NCBI RefSeq assembly: GCF_963921235.1
Contig: NC_086097.1
Span: 186,994,001 to 187,058,000, forward strand
Source: Mobula hypostoma
Lineage: Eukaryota
Length of the DNA: 64,000 bases
Direction: 5' to 3'
Each line of letters opens with the position of its first letter. Position 1 is the stretch's first letter. The translations under genes and the position numbers were made by a program. Of the stretch, positions 39,901 to 51,900 are shown piece after piece. The notes under the pieces are model-generated. The model did no database searches, was not told the origin of the DNA, and saw only the letters and a program-made list of their open reading frames with translations.

Positions 39901-42900
39901 TGAAGTGTTGCCTCACCTGGAAGGATTAATTGGGGTCCTGAATGGTAGTGAGGGAGGTGGTGTAGGGGCAGGTGTAGCTTGTTCAGCTTGTAAGGATAAA
40001 TGCCAGGAGGGAGATCAGTGGGGAGGGATGAACGGACAAGGGAGTCGTGTAGGGAGCGATCCCTATGGAAAGCAGAAAGTGGGGGGTGGAGGGTGAGATG
40101 GGAAGAATGTGCTTGGTGCTAGGATCCCGCTGGTGATGACGGATGTTGCAGAGAATTATGTGCTGGACGCGGAGGCTGGTTGGGTGGTAGGTGAGGACAA
40201 GAGGAACCCTATCCCTGGTAGGGTGGTAGGAGGATGGGATGAGAGCAGACGTATGCGAAATAGAAGAGATGTGGTTGAGGGTAGCATTGATGGTGGAGGA
40301 AGGGAAGCCCCTTTCTTTGAAAAAGGAAGACATTTCCTTTGTTCAGGAGTGAAAAGCCTCATCCTAAGGAAGATGCAGCGGAGGCACAGGAATTGAGAGA
40401 AGGGGATGGCATTTTTACAAGTGGGAAGGGGTATAGTTCAGGTAGCTGTGAGAGTTCGTGGGTTTGTAATAAACATCGGCAGAGAAGCTGTCTCCAGAAA
40501 TAGAGACAGAGAGATCAAAGAAGGGGAGGGATGTGTTGGAAATGGACCAGCTAAATTTGAGGGCAGGGTGGAAGTTGGATGCAAGTGGATGAAGTCAACG
40601 AGTTCCACATGGGTGCTGGAAGCAACACCGATGCAGTTGTTGACGTAGCGTAGGAAAAATGTGGGAATACCACCAGTGTGGGCTTGGAACGTAAATTGTT
40701 CCACGTAGCCGACAAACAGGCAGGCGTAGCTCGGACCCATGCTAGTGCCCATGGCTACACCTTTTGTTTGATGGAAGTGGGAGGAGCCAAAGGAAAAATT
40801 ATTGAGACTGAGGACAAGTTCCACAAGGCAGAGGTGAGTGGTGGTGGAGGGGATCTGGTTGAGACTGGTGTCCAGAAAGAAAAATATTCATTCAGTATTT
40901 CAAATAATTGTATGTGTGAATGTTGACAACGTACTCTGCCCAAAGCATGTCACATTATCAATGAATTGTTCATAAAAATAGAAACACCTTAGAATACAGG
41001 GTACAGCTCTGGCACAAGAATAGTTATGTACAGCATTGCAAAACTGCACACAGTAAATAGTTGGACTGATTTCTTACCTGAGGCAAAATGTGTCAAATTT
41101 ATCAAATTTCATTGCTTGTTGTTTTATGCAAATGATGTTAAGAAACTATCCAAATGCTTTGGGTTCTATTTACCTGTACATGTCATGTTTTACATCTGCA
41201 CGCTTCACTTTGTTTGGCTCATACTGCTCAGGGGCCATGTAGATAACTGTCCCACCGGCTGTGGGGGATTTAATGCCTGATGATTTACTCATGGTTAAAC
41301 GCCGCCATTTCGAAAGTCCAAAGTCTGCAATCTTAACAAACAATCATAATCATGACTAAGCTCAGTTAAACAAATATGTTAAAACAATTATGATTACATA
41401 AATAAATCATCTGTTCAGTTAGAAATCACTTTGAAATCAATGCTGAGATTGTGTACGTGTTGAGTCTGAACTGCGCAAATGAAACTGAATGAGTGAAAAC
41501 AGTGACTGGATTTAGTGCATTTGGAAATAATTCCATGACATTAAAAACAATCAAAAATGGTTAAGATTTGCTGAGCTTCTGATAAAAGGTCACTGCCTTC
41601 AACACCTAACAGTTTCTTAACAATAAAAGATGCTTGACCTGTTGAGTATCTGTTGCATTTGTCTTTATCTTAGAATGCCACCACCTGTACTTTCAGAGTC
41701 ATAGAATATGACAGCACAGAAACAGGTCCTTCGGCCCATCTAGTCTGTGCCAAACCATTAACCTATCTGTTCCCATTAACCTGCACCTTGACCGTTGCCC
41801 TCCATACCACTCTAATCCAGGTATCTATCCAAATTTCTTTTGAATGATGAAATCGACCCCACCTCCACCACTTGCTCATTCACCCTCTGAATGAAGAGCC
41901 CCCTCATGTGCCCCTTAAATATTTCACCTTTCACCCTTAACCCCATGATTTCTAGTTGTAGTCGTACCCAACCTCAGTGGAAAAAGCCTGCTTGCCTTTA
42001 CCCTATCTATGCCCTGCATAATTTTGTATACCTCTGTCAAATCTCCCCTCAGTCTTCCATGTTCTAAGGAATAAAGTTCCAGCCTATTCAATCTTTCCCT
42101 GTACCTCAGGAGGTCCTCAAGTCCCAGCAACATCCTGGTAAATAAGATTGCAGAGAACATTTACATCTTTCCTGTATGTAGTTGAAGAGAACTGCAGACA
42201 ATACTCCAAATTAAGCTTCACCAACATCTTATACAATTTCAACATAATATCCTAACTCCTTTACTCAAGACATCGATTTATGAAGGTCAATATGCCACAA
42301 GCTTCTTTACCACCCTGTCTAGAGAGAGTGCAATACTGGATCTCCTGTTAGGGAATGAGACAGGGCAGGTGACAGAGGTTGGTGCTGGGGAACACGTTGC
42401 ATCCAGTGATCATCATGCCATTAGTTTTAAGGTAATTATGGAAAAAGGTAGGTCTGGTCCTAGGGTTGAAATTCTAAATTGGAGAAGGACAATTTTGATG
42501 ATATCAGGAAGAATCTGGTAAGTGTGGACTGGGGCAGCATGTTCTCTGGCAAAGATGCACTTGGTAATTGGGAGGCCTTCAAAAGCTAATGGAACCATGA
42601 TTTTCAAGAGATATTGAGGCTCTAGCTAAGAAAAATGGGAAGGTGCACAGCAGGTATAGGCAGGCAGAAACAAGTAAGTTATAAAAAGAATGCAACAGAA
42701 CATTTAAGGAAATTCAGAAGGGCTAAAAGACACGAGATTGGTCTAGCCAACCAGGAGAAGGAGAATCTTAATGGTTTTTATAGATATATTAAGAGCAAAA
42801 AGATAGCCAGGGATAAAATTAGTCCTCTGGAAGATCAGACTGATGATCTCTGCGCAAAGCTAAAAGAGATGGGGGAAGATCGTAAATGGAATCTTTGCAA

Positions 42901-45900
42901 CTGTATTTACTCGGGAGGTGGACACAGAGTCTATAGATGTGAGGAAATGCAGCAGTGAGGTCATGGACCCTATACAGATTACAGAGGAGTTTGGTTTGCT
43001 GTCTTGAGGCAAATTAGGATGAATAAATCCTTCAGAACCTGTGAGAAGCTAGTGCAAAACTTGCAGGGGCCCTAGAAGAGATACTTAAAACATCCTTAGC
43101 CACAGGTGAGGTGCCGGAGGATTGTAGTATAGGAGTATCGCCAGTGTTTTCCATTGCTTAAGAAAGGCTCTCAGAATAAGCCTGAAGATTGTAGATTAGT
43201 GAGTCTGACATCTGTTGTGGGAAAGACAGGAAATTATTAGGGATAATCAACATGGCCCTGCATGTGGTAGGTTGTGTCTAATGAATCTTGGCTTTTTGAG
43301 GAAGTTACCAGGAAAGCTGATAAAGGCAAGGCAGTGGCTGTTGTCTACGTGAATTTTAGCAAGGCCTTTGACAATGTTCCGCATGGGGGATTAGTCAAGA
43401 AGATTCATTCACTTGGCATTCAAGATGAGGTAATAAACTGGATTCTACATTGTCCTTCTCTTTACTGGCTCAAATAAAACCTACTCGCACTGAGACACGC
43501 AATTTTCAAATGGTTCATGCCCTGCAAGATATTGCTCACTCACAACTTCAAAACAGTGACTCATTCCCAACAAGACTTGCAGTTTTTGAGTGGCTTCCTT
43601 GTATTGTTTTTAAAATAGTTAGCAATGTTAATTATTTCTAGATGTAGTCTCACCCTCCCTCGCAAACCTGTGAGCACTGTTCTCCTCAAAATTACAATAT
43701 TTAATCTCTCCATCTTTGTAAGATGTGTTCAACCTCCGTAACTTCCAAACATGTTATGCCCATTACAAAATCGATTCCTTAGTAAGTAATTACAATCTGG
43801 CCCTGGCAATGTTTGTAATTGCACAAGGCTCGACAAAAGATATCCTACTTAAATGAGGTGAGTTTTGAAACACATATTCACCAGATAGCTACAATATTTG
43901 CCTGAAGCATTAGATCTTGGGTATTTCTCTTGTGTTAAATTGGTGCCTGTGGTAAACCATATTTATATGTTGTAACTGGGTTACCTGTCTGGACACGCCC
44001 CTCTGCTGACTGTCCCTATGGCTCCTCCCACAGACCCCTGAATAAAGGTGATTGGGCCAAGGCTCCTCCTCTCAGTCCAGGGCAGATACTCAGCATGCAG
44101 TAGGTCACATTTTACTGCTAATAAAAGCCTTTCAGTTCTTACTCTACTTCCAGTCCTTTGGAGTTATTGATGGTGCATCAATTTTAATAGCAGTGATTTT
44201 AAAGCATGGAACACGTTCTGAGACCCGACAAGTTAGACCTCAACCCACAAACACCTGAAGCTGGAAATGCTTTAGAACTCTGGCTGGCCTGCTTCGAATC
44301 ATACCTAGAGGAAATTGAAGTGACCGAGTTCGCCACGAAGCGCAGAGTTCTCCTCTCCAGGGTCAGTCCACGGGTCTACTCGATGATCAGAGACCAGCCG
44401 AGCTATGACGGCGCGATGAGCGCCCTCAAAGGTCAATACCTGCGACCAGTAAACACCATCTACGCGCAGCATCACTTAGCAACACCGCAACAGCAGCCCG
44501 GGGAATTGCGTGCTGAGCTTGTCTGGGCACTACAGACACTCGTGCAGACCTGCGGATGCCAAGAACTGACGGCAGAATAGCATGCGGAGCTCCTAGTGAG
44601 AGATGCCTTTGTCACGGGGACCAGGTCAGTGTATGTGCGCCAGGGGCTGCTGGAAAAAGCTGATCTTACCTTACGTTCAGCAATTGAGCTGGCCGACACG
44701 CTGGAGGCCGCTCTACACAACTCTGAGGCTCTCCAGGCACGCGATCGCCCGATGGGCTCGTGGGCACCGCAGACCCTGCGACCCCGCTGGTGAATCGACC
44801 TCGGCTGCTGCCAGTCACGAGTATGCGAAGTGCTACTTCTGCGGACTCGAGAAGCACCCCTGGAAACATTGCCCGGCCCGACAAGCTACCTGCTCCAGCT
44901 GCGGAAAGAAGGGCCACTTTGCCACGGTCTGTAAGTCCATATCGCGAGCGGGGTCGAGCAGCGCCGTGTACGAGACATGAGGGTCGCCATCTTCCCTGCA
45001 CGCCGCCACCATGTGCAAAACATGGGAGCAGCCATCTTGGTCGGCGCCACCTCCCACCGCCAACAACCAAGGGTGCTCACGGGGCACCCCACCGCGCCGG
45101 ACCAAGACAGCAACTCAACCCTGGCCTCCGTGACCCTCGACCAAAGCGCTCCCCACCAGCTCGCAAGGTCAATGATGGACATCCTGGTGGAGGGGCGCAG
45201 GACAAGCTGCCTGTTTGACACAGGCAGCACGGAGAGTTTTATCCACCCGGACATGGCGCAGCACTGCAGACTCGCGATACGGCCAGTAAATCAGAGGGTC
45301 GCCATGGCTTCCGGGTCGCATACAACAGACATCTGGGGGATTGTGTAGCGACAATAGTGGTGCAGGGCACAGAATATCGAGACTTTACATTACTGGTCAT
45401 GCCTCAACTGTGTGCCCCTGTGCTATTGGGGCTCGACTTCCAGAGCCACCTGAAAAGTGTGACAATGGAGTATGATGGGCCCCTCCCGCCAATCACCAGT
45501 GTAAATCCTCAGTTTTGTAGGGATACGTCACATTCCCCGCTACTGACCACCCACACACACCGACCTGCACATCCCACCCAACCTATGCCAACAGCCGCAC
45601 TACCGACACCACTTGCGACACCACCTTCAAGATCCCTCCCCCACCGCTGTTCGCCATCCTGACCCCCGACTGTAAACCTGTGGCAACTAAAAGCAGGAGG
45701 TACAGCGCGGGGGACAGAGCTTTCATTAAGTCGGAGGTGCAGCGGCTGCTCAGGGAGGGGGTCATTGAGGCAAGAACAAGTCCTTGGAGGGCGCAGGTGG
45801 TGGTTGTTCGGAACGGGAAAAAAATAGGATGGTCGTGGACTATAGCCAGATCATCAATAGGTTCACACAGCTCGACGCGTACCCTCTACCCCGCATCGCG

Positions 45901-48900
45901 GATATGGTCAATCAGATAGCACAGTACAAGGTGTACTCAACCTAAAATCCGCTTACCATCAGCTCCCCATCCGCCGGGAGGACCGCCCTTACACTGCCTT
46001 CGGGGCGGACGGCAGGTTTTATCAATTCCTGCGCGTCCCCTTTGGTGTCACGAATGGTGTGTCTGTCTTCCAGAGGGAAATGGACCAGATGGTGGACCAG
46101 TGCCAACTGAAGGCCATGTTCCCATATCTGGATAATATCACCATCTGCGGTCACGACCGGCAGGATCATGACAACAACCTCCAAAAATTTTTCCAAGTGG
46201 CCAAAGCTTTCAATCTCACCTATAACAAGGACAAGTGTGTGTTCAGAACCACCTGACTTGCTATCCTTGGGTGTGTCGTGGAGAATGGAGTCATTGGCCC
46301 TGACCCCGACCGTATGCACCCCCTGTTGGAACTCCCTCTTCCCAACACCCTCAGAGCCCTCAAAAGGTGCCTGGGCTTCTTTTCATATTATGCCCAATGG
46401 GTCTCTAACTACACAGACAAAGCCCGCCCCCTGGTCAAGTCCACCACATTCCCCCTCTCAGCCGAGGCTCATGCGGCCTTCAGCTGCATAAAAGGGGACA
46501 TTGCCAAAGCAGCAATGCATGCGGTGGATGAGGCCATTCCCTTCCAAGTAGAGAGTGGCACCTCCGACTTCGCACTGGCTGCTACCCTCAACCAGGCAGG
46601 AAGACCGGTGGCGTTCTTCTCCCGTACCCTTCAAGGCCCTGAAATTCGGCACTCTGCGGTAGAGAAAGAGGCCCAGGCCATAGTGGAAGCTATTAGGCAC
46701 TGAAGGCACTATCTCGGCGACAAAAAGTCCACGCTGCTGACTGACCAGCGCTCAGTTGCATTCATGTTTAGTAACCAACAGCGGGGCAAAATCAAAAATG
46801 ATAAAATTCTGAGGTGGAGAATCGAACTCTCCACCTTCAACTATGACATCATGTACCGGCCTGGGAAGCTTAACGAGCCCTCTGTTGCCCTATCCCGGGG
46901 AACGTGCGCCAGCGCACAGATCGACCGGCTATACGCCCTACATGTAGATCTTTGCCACCCGGGGGTCACCCGGCTTTTCCACTTCGTGAAAGCCCGGAAC
47001 CTGCCTTACTCCCTTGAGGAGATCAGGACAATGACCAGGGACTGCCAAGTCTGCGCAGAGTGCAAACCGCACTTCTACCGACCCGAAAAGGCACAACTCA
47101 TCAAGGCCACCCGCCCTTTTGAGTGACTGAGTGTCGACTTTAAGAGCCCCCTTCCCTCCACCGACCGCAATGTGTACTTTCTTAACATTATCGATGAATA
47201 CTTGCGGTTCCCCTTTGCCATCCCCTGCCCCGAAACCACTATCACATCAGTTATAAAAGCCCTGTGCAAGCTCTTCACTCTGTTTGGATACCCATGCTAT
47301 ATCCACAGTGACAGAGTGTCCTCGTTTACGAATGACGAGCTGCGCCAATACCTGCTGGCAGGGGAATTACAACTAGTAGGACCACGAGATATAATGCCGG
47401 AGGAATGGACAGGTGGAGAAGGAGAATGCCACTGTGTGGAAAGCCACACTCTTAGCCCTCAGGTCAAAGGGACTGCCGGTCTCTCGCTGGCAGGAGGTCC
47501 TTCCCAAGGCACTCCACCCGCTCCCTGTTATGCACAGCCACCAATGCCACCCTTCATGAGCAACTCGTTTCTTTTCCCAGAAAGTTGACCACTGGGACCA
47601 CCCTACCAACTTGGCTGACGGACACATGCGAGGAGCAATAAATACTCCCCTATGGTCAAGAGGGTTCACTTACTTCATGCGAATCCCCAGTACGCTTATG
47701 TGGTTTTACCTGATGGACAGGAGGACACGGTCTCCATCCGCGACCTGGCGCCCGCAGGAGCACTGGGCCCCTACCCTGAACACTCCATGGTAACTATTAA
47801 CCCCATATCCACCGATATATATACCCACGAGACACCACACAACTCTCCCATACCGGGTGCGATGCACACACACGAGGGATTAACAACACCTAACGTGCTG
47901 GCACCTGAAGTCAGGCCGGAGCCAGCACAACCACCATCGCCGGTGCAATCACCACCGGTGCTACGTAGATCACAGCGACGGACTCGACCGCCTGATAGAC
48001 TGATCTGTAAATATACTTGTTTTAAATATTGTCAGTCACTTCACCCCGTGGGACTCTTTTTAAAAAAAGGAGGGGTGAATGTGATAAACCATATATATGT
48101 TGTAACTGGGTTACCTGTCTGGACACAGCCCTCTGCTTTCTGCCCTTGTGGCTCCTCCCACAGACCCCTGAATAAAGGTGATTGGGCCAAGGCTCCTCCT
48201 CTCAGTCCAGGGGCAGACACTCAGCATGCGGTAGGTCACATTTTACTGCTAATAAAAGCCTTTCAGTATTTACTCTACTTCCAGTCTTTTGGAGTTACTG
48301 ATGGTGCATCAATTTCTCTTGTATTAAATTGGTGCCGCAATAGGAATCCAGCTTAGTAAGAGAGGAAACACAGGTTCACATATTTGGTGCACATGCTTGG
48401 CTGATGAGCTAAAGGCGTGAAGATATCATCAGTAGGATTATAACTGAATGCCTTTAAATCAGAATCCCACATAAATGTGACATGATGGTCTCAAGTCTTC
48501 CTTAAAAAAATCTTTTTTAGAATTTTATTGCATAAAATTATGCAGCTAAACACAACTTTTTTATGAATAAGGCATAAACCAGAATTTAATGAAGAATTTA
48601 ATCAATTTCAGTAATATTTTTTGATTGAGCATTCTGTTATTTATATAATTCATTATACGTATGAAGAAAGTGAATGACATACATCATCACCCCACCATGT
48701 CATATGTGCATCTCACTTAAAGTGAAAACCAAGTTAGACACACATTTAGATTCTCTATTTTTCTTTCAATTAGTTTTATATTTTTGAGTTACAAATACAT
48801 TTAAAAATGATCCAGAGCCAATAACCTACTTATTGAAGCACAGCAAGATGTTCCAAGTGTAAAAAAAAGACAGAAAATGGACCAATTCATGGGTCCATAA

Positions 48901-51900
48901 ACAATGAGTACTGGGTGATGATAATAACAAATAACTAAATAAGCAGAAATGTTTGGCTAGATTGGAAAGAGAAACATATTTGATTGCACTAAAGATAACT
49001 GGCTGGTGCGTACTGAAGTAATTTAGCAATACCTTAGAGCAGCGGTTGGGGACCACTGCCTTAGAGAAAATAGGATAGCCAATGAAAAGTGAGTGCCAGT
49101 TTTGCTGAGTGCATTGGGTGGAAAAGCATACAATTTACTTAGAAGTTTGACTGCTCCAATCAAACCAGCCAAAATGAGCATTGCTGATATCATGAATGTA
49201 ATGCAGGAACATTTAGAACCAAAGCCACTTTTGACTACAAAAAGCTTTATGTTTCATAAGAGGAATTAAGAGTAAGGGGAGCCCGTTTCAGCGTATATGG
49301 ATGAATTGAAGAGATTGAGCATTGTCAGTTTGGTAAAGGGCTTAATGATGCAGTGAGAGATCATCTAGTTTTTACAAGAAAAGATGTTAAAATGGCTTCT
49401 ACCTGAAGCACAACTCACATTTAAAACAGCAGTTAAAATCGCTGCCTCAATGGAAACAACAGACAGAGACACAATTGAGTTAGTTGTAGTCAGGAATGAA
49501 AGTGAGCATGAACAAAATTGCAACACCTAGACAGAAATTTGCCTGGCCAAACAAATTGTGTTACCATTGTGGCAGGGGGACACATACACCAGACTAATGC
49601 AGATTTAAAGGGAAACTTCCAGAAAATACAACAAAGTAGGACAAAGAGCATCTTTGGCAGATAATAATGGACAGCACAGGAAAGAAATAACAATAAAAAG
49701 TCAAGTTGTGGTTTAAAAAAACACTAATCTGCATACTTTTGAGGAAAAATCTGATAATGATGAGAGTGACACTTTGAGATATACAATGTGAAATCTGACA
49801 ATAGAGAAACAATATGGTTTACAGAAGTAGTGAACAGTAAATTAATTAAAATAGAATTGGACATTGGCTTGGCTGTTTTAGTCATTCCACAAAATGAATT
49901 TGAGTGGCATTTCAAAGATACTGACTGAAGCCTGCAGATATCCAACTAAAAACTTATACTGGGGAAAAGATAACTCCTGTGGGAATGACATTTGTAACAG
50001 TAAAATACAACAACCAACAAGCCACATAAAGCTTGTAGCTTGTATAGAGTAAAGGTAATAAAGGATTAAAGGCAAGGTTCTCAAGGGATATTGCAACTCT
50101 GATAAAGAAGAAGAGAGAGTTGTATGACATGTATAGGAAACAGGGAGTAAATAAGGTGCTTGAGGAGTATAAAAAGTGCAAGAAAATACTTAAGAAAGAA
50201 ATCAGGAGGGCTAAAAGAAGTCATGTGGTTGCCTTGGCAGTCAAAGTGAAGGATAATCCAAACAGCTTTTACAGGTATATTAAGAGTAAAAGGAATGTAA
50301 GGGATAAAATTGGTCCTCTTGAAGATCAGAGTGGTCGGCTGTGTGTGGAACCAAAAGAAATGGGGGAGATATTAAATGGGTTCTTCGCGTCTGTATTTAC
50401 TAAGGAAACTGGTATGAAGTCTATGGAATTAAGGGAAACAAGTAGCGAGATCATGGAAACTGTACAGATTGAAAAGGAGGAGGTGCTTGCTATCTTGAGG
50501 CAAATTAAAGTGGATAAATCCCCGGGACCTGACAGAGTATTCCCTCGGACCTTGAAGGAGACTAGTGTTGAAATTGCAGGGGCCCTGGCCGATATATTTA
50601 AAATGTCAGTGTCTACGGGTGAGGTGCCGGAGGATTGGAGAATGGCTCATGTTGTTCATTTGTTTAAAAAAGGATCAAAAAGTAAACTGGGTAATTATAG
50701 GCCGGTAAGTTTGACGTCGGTGGTGGGTAAGTTATTGGAGGGAATACTAAGAGACAGAATCTACAAGCATTTGGATAAACAGGGACGTATTAGGGAGAGT
50801 CAACATGGCTTTGTGCGTGATAGGTCATGTTTGACCAATCTGTTGGAGTTTTTCGAGGAGGTTACCAGGAAAGTGGATGAAGGGAAGGCAGTGGATGTTG
50901 TCTACATGGACTTCAGTAAGGTCTTTGACAAGGTCTCGCATGGGAGGTTAGTTAGGAAAATTCAGTCGCTAGGTATGCATGGAGAGGTGGTAAATTGGAT
51001 TAGATATTGGCTCAATGGAAGAAGCCAAAGAGTGGTAGTGGAGAATTGCTTCTCAGAGTGGAGGCCTGTGACTAGTGGTGTGCCACAGGGATCAGTGCTG
51101 GGTCCATTGTTATTTGTCATCTATATCAATGATCTGGATGATAATGTGGTAAATTGGATCAGCAAATTTGCTGATGATACAAAGATTGGAGGTTTACTGG
51201 ACAGTGAGGAAGGTTTTCAGAGCCTGCAGGGGAACTTGGACCAGCTGGAAAAATGGGCTGAAAAATGGCAGATGGAGTTTAATACAGACAAGTGTGAGGT
51301 ATTGCACTTTGGAAGGACAAACCAAGGTAGAACATACAGGGTTAATGGTAAGGCACTGAGGAGTGCAGTAGAACAGAGGGATCTGGGAATACAGATACAA
51401 AATTCCCTAAAAGTGGCGTCACAGGTAGATAGGGTCGTAAAGAGAGCTTTTGGTACCCTGGCTGTTATTAATCAAAGTATTGAGTATAAGAGCTAGAATG
51501 TTATGATGAGGTTGTATAAGGCATTGGTGAGGCCAAATCTGGAGTATTGTGTTCAGTTTTGGTCACTAAATTACAGGACGAATATTAATAAGGTTGAAAG
51601 AGAGCAGAGAAGGTTTACAAAGACATTGCCGGGACTTGAGAAACTCAGTTACAGAGAAAGGTTGAATAGGTTAGGACTTTATTCCCTGGAGCGTAGAAGA
51701 ATGAGGGGAGATTTGATACAGGTATATAAAATTATGATGGGTATAGATAGAGTGAATGCAAGCAGGCTTTTTCCACTGAGGTGAGGGGAGAAAAAAAACC
51801 AGAGGACATGGGTTAAGGGTGAGGGGGGAAAAGTTTAAAGGGAACATTGGGGGGGGCTTCTTCACGCAGAGAGTGGTGGGAGTATGGAATGAGCTGCCAG

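Larger units (their letters stand above)
43948..48311 (+). mobile_element. Complete but defective Gypsy LTR retrotransposon (gag-PR-RT-RH-IN)
   Basis: Paired TG...CA LTRs; gag from 44206 with two zinc knuckles ([28 protein letters not shown]); protease LFDTGS; RT YLDN; RNase H EKEAQAI; integrase HPGVTRL...CQVCAEC, IIDEY, IHSD; PPT 48062-48075; several stops and frameshifts. Confidence 0.96.

Noticed and set aside
47652..48356. 234-aa ORF as an env or accessory gene
   Set aside because: It is the integrase C-terminal tail reading through the PPT and 3' LTR; no signal peptide or env features are evident.
50120..51496. 458-aa ORF as a host or domesticated RT gene
   Set aside because: It is a 5'-truncated CR1 with a stop before the C-terminus and a closely similar copy nearby; youth explains the open frame.
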